A DNA stretch of 64,000 bases from Lama guanicoe (Eukaryota). The position numbers and the translations under genes are program-made. The notes beneath the pieces were generated by a model. The model was not told where the DNA came from. It ran no database searches and saw nothing but the letters and a program-made list of their open reading frames with translations. The stretch is taken from NCBI GenBank assembly GCA_013239625.1, contig MU056905.1, forward strand, positions 1,943,967 to 2,007,966, written 5' to 3'. Of the stretch, positions 1-11,425 are shown piece after piece (the first letter of the stretch is position 1; every line of letters starts with the position of its first letter).

Positions 1-16
1 GGTCTCTTGTTCTCAG

Positions 17-231
17 GTGCGATTTCTGGAGCAGCAGAATCAGGTGCTACAAACAAAGTGGGAGCTGCTGCAGCAGGTAAACACGTCCACTAGGACCAAC
101 AACCTGGAGCCCATCTTGGAGAGCTATATCAGCAACCTGCGGAGGCAGGTGGATTTTCTCAATACGGAGAAGAAGCGCCAGAATATGGAGATCAGGAACA
201 TGCAGGACGCCGTGGAGGACTTCAAGAACAA
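17..231 (+). CDS. KRT77: KRT77 exon 2
   Basis: tctcag|GTGCGA..AACAA|gtgag; 215 bp; [20 protein letters not shown]. Confidence 0.93.
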
Positions 232-3200
232 GTGAGGCTCCCGGAGGAGCAAATGTGTCAGGAGCAGCGAGGCAGGGGACTGATTCACGGAGCAAGGGGT
301 TCTGCTTACTATTAACGTGTTGGGGTGGTGGGGCCAGAGCCACCAGGTGCAGCCAGGCAGGGTCTGCACTACACAACCATAGGGACACCATTTTGCTTAT
401 GGTAGCCCTGGCGATGGTATGGCCAGTCGGCTCCCAACTGTATCGGGTGGGGAGGGGACGCTTCATGGATGTTGGAGCCAGGTAAGCCCAAGTTCCAGTG
501 TGGGCTTTTCACTTCCTGGCTGCCTGCAAGGTCATCTTTCTAAGCTTTTAGTTTTCACATTAGTAAAGGGGGGATAGTAAGTGCCATCCTTGTTGGATTG
601 TTGTGAGGTGTAGACGGGTAGTATGCATCAGCTTGTTAAAATCAGATTGATCGAGTAGGTCTGGGATGGGGTCAGAGTGTTTGCCTTTCTAATATGCTTC
701 CAAGTGATGCTGATGCTGATGCTGATGCTGGTGGACTGGGGACCATATGTGGAAAACCACTGGTTTAGACGAAATTATTCTTAATACGTTCTTAGGCTGT
801 GTGTGCAGGTACGAAGCATTCAGTAAGCACTAGCTATTATTAATAATAATCGTAGGGGTGACAGGACTTGCCTGAATCTAGGTCAGCTGCTCCTGCACCG
901 TGCAGGCAATTGAGCGGCCTCTCCCCTCCATGCTGGGGGTGCAAGATGCTTCTCTTTACATCACCTGGGCCAGTAGAGAGTCAGGTTCATGTGAGTCAAC
1001 AGGCAGAGATGAAATGCACCCTGAAGGTGATGGGGGTGTAGAATGGCAGGTGAAAAAATTTTCTTGTTAAAAACATTTACTGAAAGTGATTATTACTTTA
1101 GTTCTTAGTTAAAAAAATGATCGAGCTTGACATATTTACAAAGGTCACACATCAAAATAAAAAGGACATTTGTGGGGCATTCTATGTGGCTTTGGGTTTT
1201 CCATATTGTGATGTTGCCCCTCTGTTGAGCTGGAGAGCCAGGAGGTGGTTCTAGCTGCTTGTCAGGGAGAGCGGCGGGCCCTGGCAGGGAATGTCGAGTC
1301 CAGGGCAGTAAAAGTTTGGGGAACTCCGAGCCTCCTGCTATGGCAGAATCTCAAGGTGCTCAGCTCAGCCCCTGCAGCCTGTCCGAGGTTCTGACACCCC
1401 CCTCCCCCCAGGTACGAGGAAGAAGTCAACCGGAGGAACAACAGCGAGAATGACTTTGTCGTCCTGAAGAAGGTGAGGATTAGGGGAGTCTCAGGGGGGA
1501 CTGTGGGCTCAGGAGGCTGAGCAGAGGGAGGGCTTCCCGTGGGATGCTGTGTGACCGAGGGGTGGACAGGTGGGCTTGGGGCCAGCCTATTGAACATGTT
1601 TCCCAAATGCTGGGGCCCTGGCATTGAAGCAGTAAGCCTGAAAGCGATGCTAATATGAAGCTTTAGGAATCCTTGAGTTTTTCATCTCTCCAGGGTCCTG
1701 AATGTGGGATTCAATTAACAGGCAGCCTTTGAGTGTCAGTTCTGTGGAGACTTAGGACATGGGAAGGGACCTGGGGAGGGACCTGGGGTATTTTGTGTGA
1801 CTGATGGGGCTGAAGAGCTGGTGAATGCTTCCTTATGACCAGGAAAGCCGGGGTTTACTGGTCTCTTATTTGAGTGAAGTGAGGAAATTTGCAGGCAGGG
1901 AAATAAACCCAGAGAGGCTTTGCCTCTTGCATGAGGTCACCCAGACAGCTGGTGGCAGGCAACACTTGGGCAATAAAGTCAGACTGTCTTGGCTTGCTGT
2001 TCAGGATGTGGATGCAGCTTATTTGAACAAAGAGGATCTGCAGTCCAAGTTGAATGTTCTGCTTCAGGAGGTCGATTTCCAGAATTGTGTAATTCAATCG
2101 GTGAGTGAATATCTCCACTACGTAGATGAGATGATGAGTTCAGTCCTCCTAAGAAACCCTTCTTTTTTCTACATCTGACAAGGGGTATAGGCTGTAAGAG
2201 GGGGAGGGCTGGAACCAAACATTTCCCACTAGGGGTGTCTCTCCTCAGTCACCTCAACTCAGTGGGCCTGACATCAGCCATCCTCCCAACCCCCAAAGCT
2301 CAAGATTCCAGGGTTGGGGTGCTGGAGATGGGAGGCAGGAGAAGGTGAAGCAGTCCCCACTTTGGTCTGGGAAATGAGGTTAACACCCGGGACATAGAGG
2401 GGCAACCAGAAATCTTCGTGGGTGCTGGGAAGTCAGTGGGGCTATCAGGGAACTCTGTGGGAGAGGACAGTGTGGATCTTAAAGGGAACAGAGATGAAGA
2501 CTGTGGAGGTGGGCGATGACACGCTCCTACTCCCCTGGTCCCATTATTGAGGGTCTAACTTGGGGTTACCTGCTGTGGGCCAGATGCTGTGCTGGGAGCT
2601 TTCCTGGGTCTTGGGTATCCCCAGTCTACAGATGAGAGAACTGAGGCAAGAGACACCCAGCTGGTTAATGGTGGAGCCCAGACTCAAAAGCGAGTCTGAA
2701 CGCCTACACAAATGGAATCTTATCTATTGCCTCTGAGAGTTTGTGTGGTTTCAAGGAGCAAGCCTGCCTGTCAAGATGGCAGCCAAGTCAGATAAGGCAA
2801 GGATGGAGGGTCCAGGAGAGGTGTGATGGGCTCTGAGTTCCGGCTCCTTTCTTCTCCCTGGAGGCTAGGTCTGGGTGCCTGTATCTTTAGTGAAGGTGCC
2901 TCTTGGTGCACAACAACAATCCAAGGAACTTTCCCCTGAGGCTCCTGTCTGACCCAGGCTTCTGGCTTCCCCAGAGAGCTTTGGGGACAGTGGAGGGAAA
3001 CTGAAGTCCCAGGAGGTGAGCAGAAGAAGTCAGCCTGTGCTTCGTGCCTTGCAGGAGCCGTCTCACATGTATACTAATGTAACGAACACCAATGTCATCC
3101 TGTCCATGGACAATAACCGCTTCCTGGATCTGGACAGCATCATTGATGCGGTGCGGACGGAGTACGAGCTGATCACACAGAAGAGCAAGGCTGAGGCTGA

Positions 3201-6200
3201 GGCGCTATACCAGACCAAGGTGAGCACTGCCATCCCCAGCCCAGACTTGGCACCCCTGAACAAAACGTGCCTCCCAGAACACGTATGGACTTTCTAAAAT
3301 AAAATATGTTTGTTATAGGAGATGTCAAGATTGCAGATAAAGATCACTCATATCCCACTACCATTTTAAATATGTCAGCATATTTTCCATCAGTTCTTGG
3401 CAGCTAACATGTATTGAAAACTCCCATGTACCTGGCATCGCTAAGTGCTTTACATATATTATTTCATGAACTCCTTACAACTACCCGACAAGGTAAAGAT
3501 TTGATTATCCCTATTTTACAGATAATAGAGTCTGAAATCATCTAATTTCCCTCACATCTTGTGGCTGGGAAGCAGCAGAGGCAGAATTTAATTAAACTCA
3601 AGTGTGCCACCTACCAATCCCTGCACTCAACCACCACAATGTTTTTTATTCTGATTTTTTCATAATGACATCTTTAAAAATACAGTTTTGTACTTGTCTC
3701 TTTCACTTATTGCTTATGAATGCCTTTCCGGACATCAAATATTCTATATCATTTTTAACAGCAGCATGGTATTCCATGGTAAGAACATGCCCCCAATTAT
3801 CAGATAAACATCTTTGTAGCTAAGTCGTTGGGCACATCCTTGGTAACTTGTTTAACATAAATAGACCTGGACCTTTCTATAAGGTGAAGACTGAAGTTCA
3901 GAGTCAAAGGCTAGTCACTTAAATTCTGAACACCTAGCACTCGGACAGCTTTGTAGATTACCTGTGGCCAACTCCAATGCCCGCTGACCTCTGTCCCGCT
4001 GCCCTGTAGGCAGACGTTCTTAGTGGCATGGATTTTGGCATCATACTGGGGAGGCAGGTGGTCAACATGAAAGTTAAATGCAGAGATACCCGTGCGCCAG
4101 CCCTCCCCCTTGCTTCCTTCATTACAGTGGTTGAAAGCATGGGTTTGTAGAGGGGCTGTGGGTAGAGTTTCCATTGATGGGGCCACATAGATGCAGAAAT
4201 GGAGACAGGAAGATGCGAATAATTGTGGAGCATGCTGAGGACCTGTGAGGAAATGAGGTCCTGATGTTAGGGAAATCATTCTGGAAAAGGGTAGGAAGGA
4301 ATATGGTGGGGTAGAAAAAGTGAGAGGGCCCCCAAAGGGTAAGGCTTAGATGTGAGCAAAGGAGATAAAAGAGCATCAAGAAGCAGGTCTGTCTGTTGGG
4401 GATGTGGGTCTGGCCCAGGGACTGATGGGAATGAAGGAGGCTCATACCTTGGTGTTGATGGAGAGGGTGGACTTCCTGATTTTGAATCTCTGTCTCAAAA
4501 CACAGGTGTGTGTGTATGTGTGTGTGTGTATGTTGTCACAGCTCAGATGAGGGAGGTTCTGTATAGGTGTGAGTGTGTATGTGGTCACAGCTCTAGGGAG
4601 ACTTACTCTAGGACCTTGCCTGGGGAAGAGAGACTTGGGCGGGGTCTGGGAAGGCAGACCCACTCCTTCCTGGGGGAGCTGGTGTTGAGCAGCAGGCTGA
4701 CCATGATGCTGCTCTTGACCCTCAGTACCAGGAGCTCCAGATCTCAGCGGGAAGACACGGAGATGAGCTGAAGACCAGCAAGATGGAGATCTCGGAGCTC
4801 AACCTCACCATCCAGAGGCTGCAGTCAGAGATCAGTAACATCAAGAAGCAGGTGAGATGGGTGTTCAGGGTGGCCGACCAGATGTGCCACTTCCCATAAT
4901 GCTCTGCTTCTGGAGGCTCTTGAAACTCACCACCCTGCATGGTTCTTCTCCATGACCATCTCCCGAGCAGATCGACCAGATGCACATGGCCATTTCGGAT
5001 GCAGAGGAGAGAGGAGATCGGGCCCTCCAGGATGCGCAGCAGAAGCTGCAGGACATAGAGGCCGCCCTGCAGCAGTCCAAGGAGGAGATGACTCGGCTGC
5101 TGCGTGACTACCAGGCGCTGCTGGGAGTCAAGCTGGCCCTGGATGTGGAGATCGCCACCTACCGCAAGCTGCTGGAGGGCGAGGAGTGCAGGTGGGCTTG
5201 TTTCTGGGGCCGAGGCGCAGGTTGCAGCTGGAGCAGTGGGACTATTTGGAGAGAAGACAATCCCAGCTTTTCTGGGAAGGTTGGTAGCCCAGGGTGAGCA
5301 GAAATGTTCAAGTCAGAAGCAGAGGGTGTGTGAGTTGGCCGGGTCATTGTCATCATTGCCCCGCCTCCAAGCAGAAAGTCCCCGTACCCCAACCGAAGCT
5401 GCAGCCAGGTGGTGACCCCCCAGTGCTAAAAGACTTCACGAAAATGTTTAAAATCCCCTCTGGTCCCACCGGCTCCCCGACCTTCCTGCCCTGCACACGC
5501 CTTCCCTGCTCCCAATGTCTCCAGGCTGCTGCCTGTGTTCTGACCTTCAGGCCTTGTGAGTTTGGCTGATGTGTGGGCTTTGGTTTTACAGGATGTCAGG
5601 GGAGCTGCAGAGCCACGTCAGTGTCTGTAAGTAGCAGAACCCAGGAGTGGGCTTGGCTGGTGCCGGGAGAGGGAGGGTCCAGGAGGGCTGGCCAGCAGGG
5701 ACCTGGCAGTGGGCATTTTCGTGTTCAGTCCTACACAATGAAAACCAAAGTAAATGAACACCACTGCAAAGCCGGGAGAAATTGGATGCAATAAATTGTT
5801 ATGATGTTAGTTCTTCTTTGTCTTGATTTCTATGATACCTAATAATCAGCAGTGGCTTAGAACTCTTTAGGGTATAGCAATAATGAAAATGTGCCCTGAC
5901 ATCCCTTTGTAGCATGAGGAATACTTTTGAAATGGGGATACCTTCACCAATGTATCTTTTGTCAAGTCAGACGCTGCCAGTGATGAAGGATGTAGGGGGC
6001 TGCCCCAAGGGTGGGTGCAGGCGGGGCCCTCTGCCCAGTCCTGCTCACCCCAGTCCTACCCTCCCCCCACAGCTGTGCACAGCAGCCAAGTGAGCGTCAG
6101 CGGAGGGGGCCGAGGCTCTGGAGGTTACAGCGGTATTTACAGCGGCGGCAGCAGCGGAGGCTACAGCGGCGGCGGCTCCCGCGGGGGCGCGGGCGGCTCC

Positions 6201-6398
6201 GGAGGGGGCTCCCGAGGGGGCAGTGGAGGTGGTTATGGAAGTGGCAGCGGCGGGAGCTACGGAGGGAGCAGCAGAGGCAGCAGCAGAGGCAGCAGCAAAG
6301 GCAGCAGCAAGTACCAGGGCAGAAGCGGCGGCGGCTCCTCCCCTGTGCAGATCATCCAAACGTCTACCAACACGACCCACAGGCGAATCCTGGAGTAG
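17..6398 (+). CDS. KRT77: Keratin 77 (K1b), type II; 5'-partial (exon 1 outside window). join(17..231,1412..1472,2005..2100,3055..3219,4726..4851,4971..5191,5592..5626,6073..6398)
   Basis: All exons are bounded by AG/GT with canonical type II sizes. Peptides [54 protein letters not shown] and the C-terminus [16 protein letters not shown] match K77 as I recall it. Position directly upstream of KRT1 fits synteny. Confidence 0.93.
490..850 (+). mobile_element. MIR remnant interrupted by a MER5-type hAT element (~616-762)
   Basis: MIR core (tagttttcacattagtaaaggggggatagtaagt..ttgttgtgagg) is split by a MER5-like body ending ggaaaaccactg. Flanks gtgtagac (608-615) and gtttagac (763-770). Confidence 0.65.
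1412..1472 (+). CDS. KRT77: KRT77 exon 3
   Basis: cccag|GTACGAG..AAGAAG|gtgag; 61 bp; [20 protein letters not shown]. Confidence 0.93.
2005..2100 (+). CDS. KRT77: KRT77 exon 4
   Basis: ttcag|GATGTG..CAATCG|gtgagt; 96 bp; [32 protein letters not shown]. Confidence 0.9.
3055..3219 (+). CDS. KRT77: KRT77 exon 5
   Basis: tgcag|GAGCCG..ACCAAG|gtgag; 165 bp; [10 protein letters not shown]. Confidence 0.92.
3405..3640 (-). mobile_element. MIR SINE remnant
   Basis: aagtgctttacatatattatttcat..attatccctattttacagataatagag (MIR core, reverse). Confidence 0.7.
4726..4851 (+). CDS. KRT77: KRT77 exon 6
   Basis: ctcag|TACCAG..AAGCAG|gtgag; 126 bp; [13 protein letters not shown]. Confidence 0.93.
4971..5191 (+). 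CDS. KRT77: KRT77 exon 7
   Basis: agcag|ATCGAC..TGCAG|gtggg; 221 bp; helix termination motif [10 protein letters not shown]. Confidence 0.93.
5592..5626 (+). CDS. KRT77: KRT77 exon 8
   Basis: tacag|GATGTCA..GTCT|gtaagt; 35 bp; [11 protein letters not shown]. Confidence 0.92.
6073..6398 (+). CDS. KRT77: KRT77 exon 9 (Gly/Ser tail, stop TAG)
   Basis: cacag|CTGTG..; Gly/Ser loops ending THRRILE*. Confidence 0.92.
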
Positions 6399-7929
6399 AG
6401 GCCACGGCTTCTGCGACAGAGGGGCCTCTTGGCTCACAGGCCCTCACAAGGCAGAGCTCTCTCCTGTGCCCTCCCGCATGTCCCTCTTGACCCCTCTCAC
6501 TTACCTTTTCACGATGGGTCTCAGCAATTTTGCCACTCTCCATAGGGAAGCAGGTGCATAACCCCAAACAGCAGATCTCTCTTTGGAGGGCACTGGCTGG
6601 CAGTCAAAACACCGCCTGTACATTCTCAACTCAGACTCCACTCAGCTGGCCCTTCTTCTGTCCCTGGAGATACCCAGGGGTCCAGTTTAGCCATGGAAAA
6701 GAAGAGCCTGTAGAGCGTCTGCAAGGTGGATAATGGAGAGTTGGTGCCAGGAACACCAGGTTTCTCACTCCCAGGCTCCGTCCTTTTCCTGGATCTGGGC
6801 TACTCTGTGAACAATAACCTAGCCCTTAGGGAACCTGCAAAATGAGACCTTTGGGCAAGTGGTTGATGACAAGGCAAGCTAGCTTGGCAAGGAGAACCTC
6901 TGTATCAGGGACCGATTCTTGCCTCTTGGTCTGTAGCCTCACACTTTATTATTAATGGAGAGTATGGATATACTGCCCACATCAGACACCTGTAAGTCCT
7001 GTCTGGTCTTGATTCTGGGTCTCTGTCTTAAGACATTAATAAGCATTATCCTCTGGGTTTATAGCCCAAGGTGGAGGTATTCAGAGACCAAGAGTCCTTG
7101 TTCATGGGGAGGATCGTAATTAACGGCGAGTGGAAGAGGTGATGGACAGCAATCCAGTTCTGTTCTGTCCTACCCCTCCTGCCAGCGCCATTCTTTGCAA
7201 GTGTGGCCCCTCCTGAACTCTGCTCCATACAAGCCCTTGAGAATTGTCCAACAGGCTGGGTGTGTGCAGCCCAGCACTGCTCTATCCAGGTGCCCAGGTC
7301 CTGAGGAATCTGAGAATTAGACTTGGATCTGAACCAGTCTGCAAGCTGCCTGTTGTTTGCAAGGTAGCTTAATGCTCTTTCCCAGATGATGAAGTCCCTT
7401 CTGCCTCTTGATCTCTGTTATGCTGAGCACTTTCTGAGAATGTGACTCTTTATTTGGGGTCTCACATAAGATGCTTGAGATGTGCTCAAGGGGGACAGGA
7501 AGGACAGCCAATGAACGGGGGGACCTTGTGGGCCCTAAGAGAGGAAAGGTGGCTTTGCTTCTAAGACCTGAAGTTGCCTCCACTTGCTTGCTGAGTCCCA
7601 ACACAGTGTGCATGGCGTGATTCTCTTGGGGCAGCTCCTGGGCTGAGCCTGGGTCCTCTGGAGAGTGCTGTGACTCATCATTTCCTGGTTGAAGTTTGTA
7701 CCTTGAAGGGATCGCCATTTCTGTTGTTTCTACAGTAAATTTCCTGTGATCTCAAACTGTTGTTTGGTCAGATGAGTTACTCTTCTTAACTTTTTGCAGG
7801 CCTCTGAAATCATTCACTTTGGGAAAGTAGAGTTTACTATTTTTATTATGATTTTTGAGTGCATAAGTAACACTCGATCTTCAAAAACCTGGCATGCATA
7901 ATCATACTCATGTGATCCTTAAAGTGGCT

Positions 7930-8500
7930 GGTCATTCAAAAGTCAGGTACACATTTGTTTCCTAGGCATTTCTTCTGCTCCTACTGTGTGACAGGCAGTG
8001 GTCAGGCACTGGGAGTGCGATGGTGAATGAACACACTTCTGAATCTGAAGGCACTCACAACCCAAAAGATACGTCATGGAGGGTAGGGGGAGGAAATCCG
8101 AGTGTGGGCCCCCGTGGACCTCCTGGCCTGACGGTGGAAGCAAGGCTATATTGAGGACACAGGCAGACCCACCACACAGGAGCAGCGGGACCTGCAGGAG
8201 GTGTTAATGCTAGGGATGGGAAGTCTGGTCCCTGTGGGCTCCTGAGGGGGTGGGAAGTGGAACAATGTGAACAGAAGCAGGACAGGTATGAGCAGGGAGT
8301 CAGGGAAGGGCCCTCCAGACAGGGGAACAATTGGCTCAGATAGTCAAAGATAAGAGAGGGTGGGTGTATGTGAGTGACGGAGGGGCGCACACAGGAGAAA
8401 CTGAGCTGAGGAGATAAGAGGCTGAGGCCATTGACTCAGCAAGGCTCATGGACAGGGCTGTCTTTGATTGATGCCCCTGAGGGAGGCATAGATGCAGAAA
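7930..8500. mobile_element. L2 LINE remnant
   Basis: cattcaaaa..tactgtgtgacaggca..aggcactggga and purine-rich L2-like body; boundaries approximate. Confidence 0.5.
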
Positions 8501-11284
8501 TTCAAGAACGGAGGAAGTGGTCGGGGTTTCGTGAGTACCAGAGCAACAACCTCGCTGAGATCTACTGAAAGTCAGCCCTTGACACAAGAGTTAGTATTAA
8601 AAAAAAAAAACCAACCAAACAAACAAACAAAAAGAATGGAGCAACTTAAGCTGTCCCCTTACCCTGTGTGATATTCCTAAGCCTGTGTAAAGGAGTCACA
8701 GAAATGATGTGACCTACTTTCTCATTCCCTGAAGGAATATAGTTGGAATTTGGATATGGGATGAATTCCAACATGACTGCAACTCACTGATAAGACGCTG
8801 TGTTCCCACGCACAATCCTACATTCTCTCTGAGAAGTTTCTCCCCCTCTTGCTTGTCTTGGCAGCAGGCCTGGGGGTGGGGGAACGAGGTGGGAAGGGGA
8901 AAGGTGGGCAGAGGAGCTGCCCGAAGGGAAGGAGAGAGGGAGCAAATAGATTTCTATACTTGAAGTCAAAGACCAAGAGCACGAAGACAAGAATGGGAAG
9001 ATAAGGATAAACAGCAGTGGATACAAAAGTGATTTAGAATATTCAGCTGATGGTGACAGCACGTGAGCGAATAGGATGCAGTGGCCGCTGGGACTGGCAC
9101 GGGGACAGGAGGAGCAAGTGTGTACAGCCTGCTTTGGCTCTTCTGTAGTCAGGCTGCGCTGAGGCCATGACTCTGTAGGAACCAGGACTATTTAGGGGCT
9201 GGGACTTGATGAATCAGAAACCTGATCACCTGAGGAGCTGTGGGAGGCTCTGGAGAAGGAAGTCTTGCGGGGGAGGGGAGGGAGATGTGTTAACTAACTG
9301 CAGAGATTTGAAGAGCTTCGCTAGCAAAGAGGAGTTTGCTGATGATCCCGATGGACAGGTGGGAACGCAGCAGATTTGGCCCAGAATAAGAAGCATGTTT
9401 TCATTGATGCTGATATGGGAGAGGCCACGTAGGGACTTAGCACATTTTAAGCAGAGATTTGCTAACCGTTTGGCAGGAGGTTGAGGGAGGGAGTGAAAGA
9501 TGGGTGGGGTTGTGTGTACGGCAGCATTTCACGTCTTTGCTGCCCTACGAGTTTATGTGATGGAGCCGGAGAAAAAAAGGAATTTTACTCTCTATTTTAT
9601 GTTTGGGGAAATTAAAGTCAGATACTAAGGAAGGATCAAGCCACGGAGAGGCCAAGAGCCCTAGCCAGGATTATAATGTGAACTCAGGTTTTCTGGCACT
9701 ACCAGATCTATTCCAGGGCGGGGACTTGATTATCCTGGGGCCATGCAGGTGTGTCTGACATTCTTAGGATATCCAGATTGGCTTTGGAAAAAAGATACAA
9801 AGGCCAGGCCAACCAGAGGCCGTTGGGATTGACCCAGAAAACATGGCCCTTCCTATTCTCTTTAGAAGCCTTGACCATCTTAATCATGGAAGACTGGGGG
9901 ACAGATGGAGGACAACATGTGCCTGAATCTTTGGCAAGTAGGGGCATGAGAAATGAAGGCCAAGGAGAGAAGAGTTAATCAAGGAGGATCTTGGGCTCCA
10001 ATGAGACGTCTCAATGTGATATTCTGGGGCTGAGCACTAAAAGACACCGGAGGAGGTTTTCTGGTGTAAACAGTGTTCCTGTTAGAGACAATGAGTGCTC
10101 CCATCTGGAGCAAATGCCTCTTAGCTGAACTCACCCCAGTGGGGAAGAGACCTGAGCAATTTCATAGCCTTTGACCAAGTACAAAATGCTTGCCCCTGTG
10201 TTATCTCAGATGACCCTCACTGGCTCTGGGAGAGGGCTGGGGAGACACACGTGGTCCCTTCCAGGGACCAGGGGGCACTCCATCTCTGCTTCTGGTCAAT
10301 GCTGTTCCCACAAGACAGATACTCGGAGAGCCTACAGCCCCAACCACTAATCAGCAGGGGGGCAGGTAGGAGGGAGCACAGCACTCAGGGAGGCAAGACT
10401 CCCAGGGAAAGTTTGCCAAGGGTTCCTCCCTCTGAGAGGCTGTGGTAAGGGCGGGGGCTCTGGGAATCTAAATTTAATCCCACTGTCTTCTCATTTACAT
10501 AGATTTTGATCTCGAGATGTGGTGAACAGGAGGAGCAACCATAGCTCAAAAAAATTAACTCTGTCTGACCTTGGACAAGGCATACGTTTCTGGGCTGGGA
10601 AAGTCTTTGGTCTAAGGACATCTCTCAAGAATGCTGCCTTACCCTCAATTACTGGCCCTTCGGCCCAGGATGTATCGTCAGATTATGAGCCGGGTACGCT
10701 GATGTTTCCTCTTCAAACTGAGCGTTAATGCCCATTCTTTGGTTGGATCTGCTGCCCTGATCAGTCCAGGAAACTGCGTGTCTTCAGGTTGATCAATGCT
10801 GTGTTGCAAAGCTTGCAATGTTGGGAGGTTCTCGGGCGTGGAGGATCTGTTCTGAACATCCCAGTGCTGAGCCTGAAGGGCTTCTGGGAGCCTCCGATTG
10901 CATGCCTAGCCCAGTGTGCTCAGCCCTGGGGATCATCCCCACCCTGCAGAGCAGGCATCCCACTGCCAGAGTAATTCCCAGTCTAGTCTTGCTCCCATCA
11001 GCTCAGGTGCACTCAACACTTCTTCCTGTATGTGATGGCCCCCTCGCTTCCTATTACGGATTAATGGTCCACTGTTCCCCCTACTCCAGATTCCCTAAGA
11101 CTTCCTCCCACAAGGTGTCCTCATTTCAAGAACTTGAAATTCCTTTCCAGGTCTTTTCACTGTTTCCAGTGAAACAGGGGCTTGTTCCAAAGCTTTTCCT
11201 GATTGTTGTATCATTTTCTGAGTCCTTCCAAATGCAAAGATGAGAAAGAATCCCTTCTTCTTCTCTCTGTCATCTATTCTACCT

Positions 11285-11425
11285 CAATCTCCCTGTAAAA
11301 TAGATATAATCTCTATTTTACAGATGAGAAAACCAGGCTCAGAGAGGGTAAGTGACCTGCTTAGGGTCACACAGCTAGAAATTTGCAGTCTGGAGTGGGA
11401 CCCAGTCTGGCTGATTCCATGCCTT
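11285..11425 (-). mobile_element. MIR SINE remnant
   Basis: ctattttacagatgagaaaaccaggctcagagagggtaagtgacctgcttagggtcacacagctag. Confidence 0.8.
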
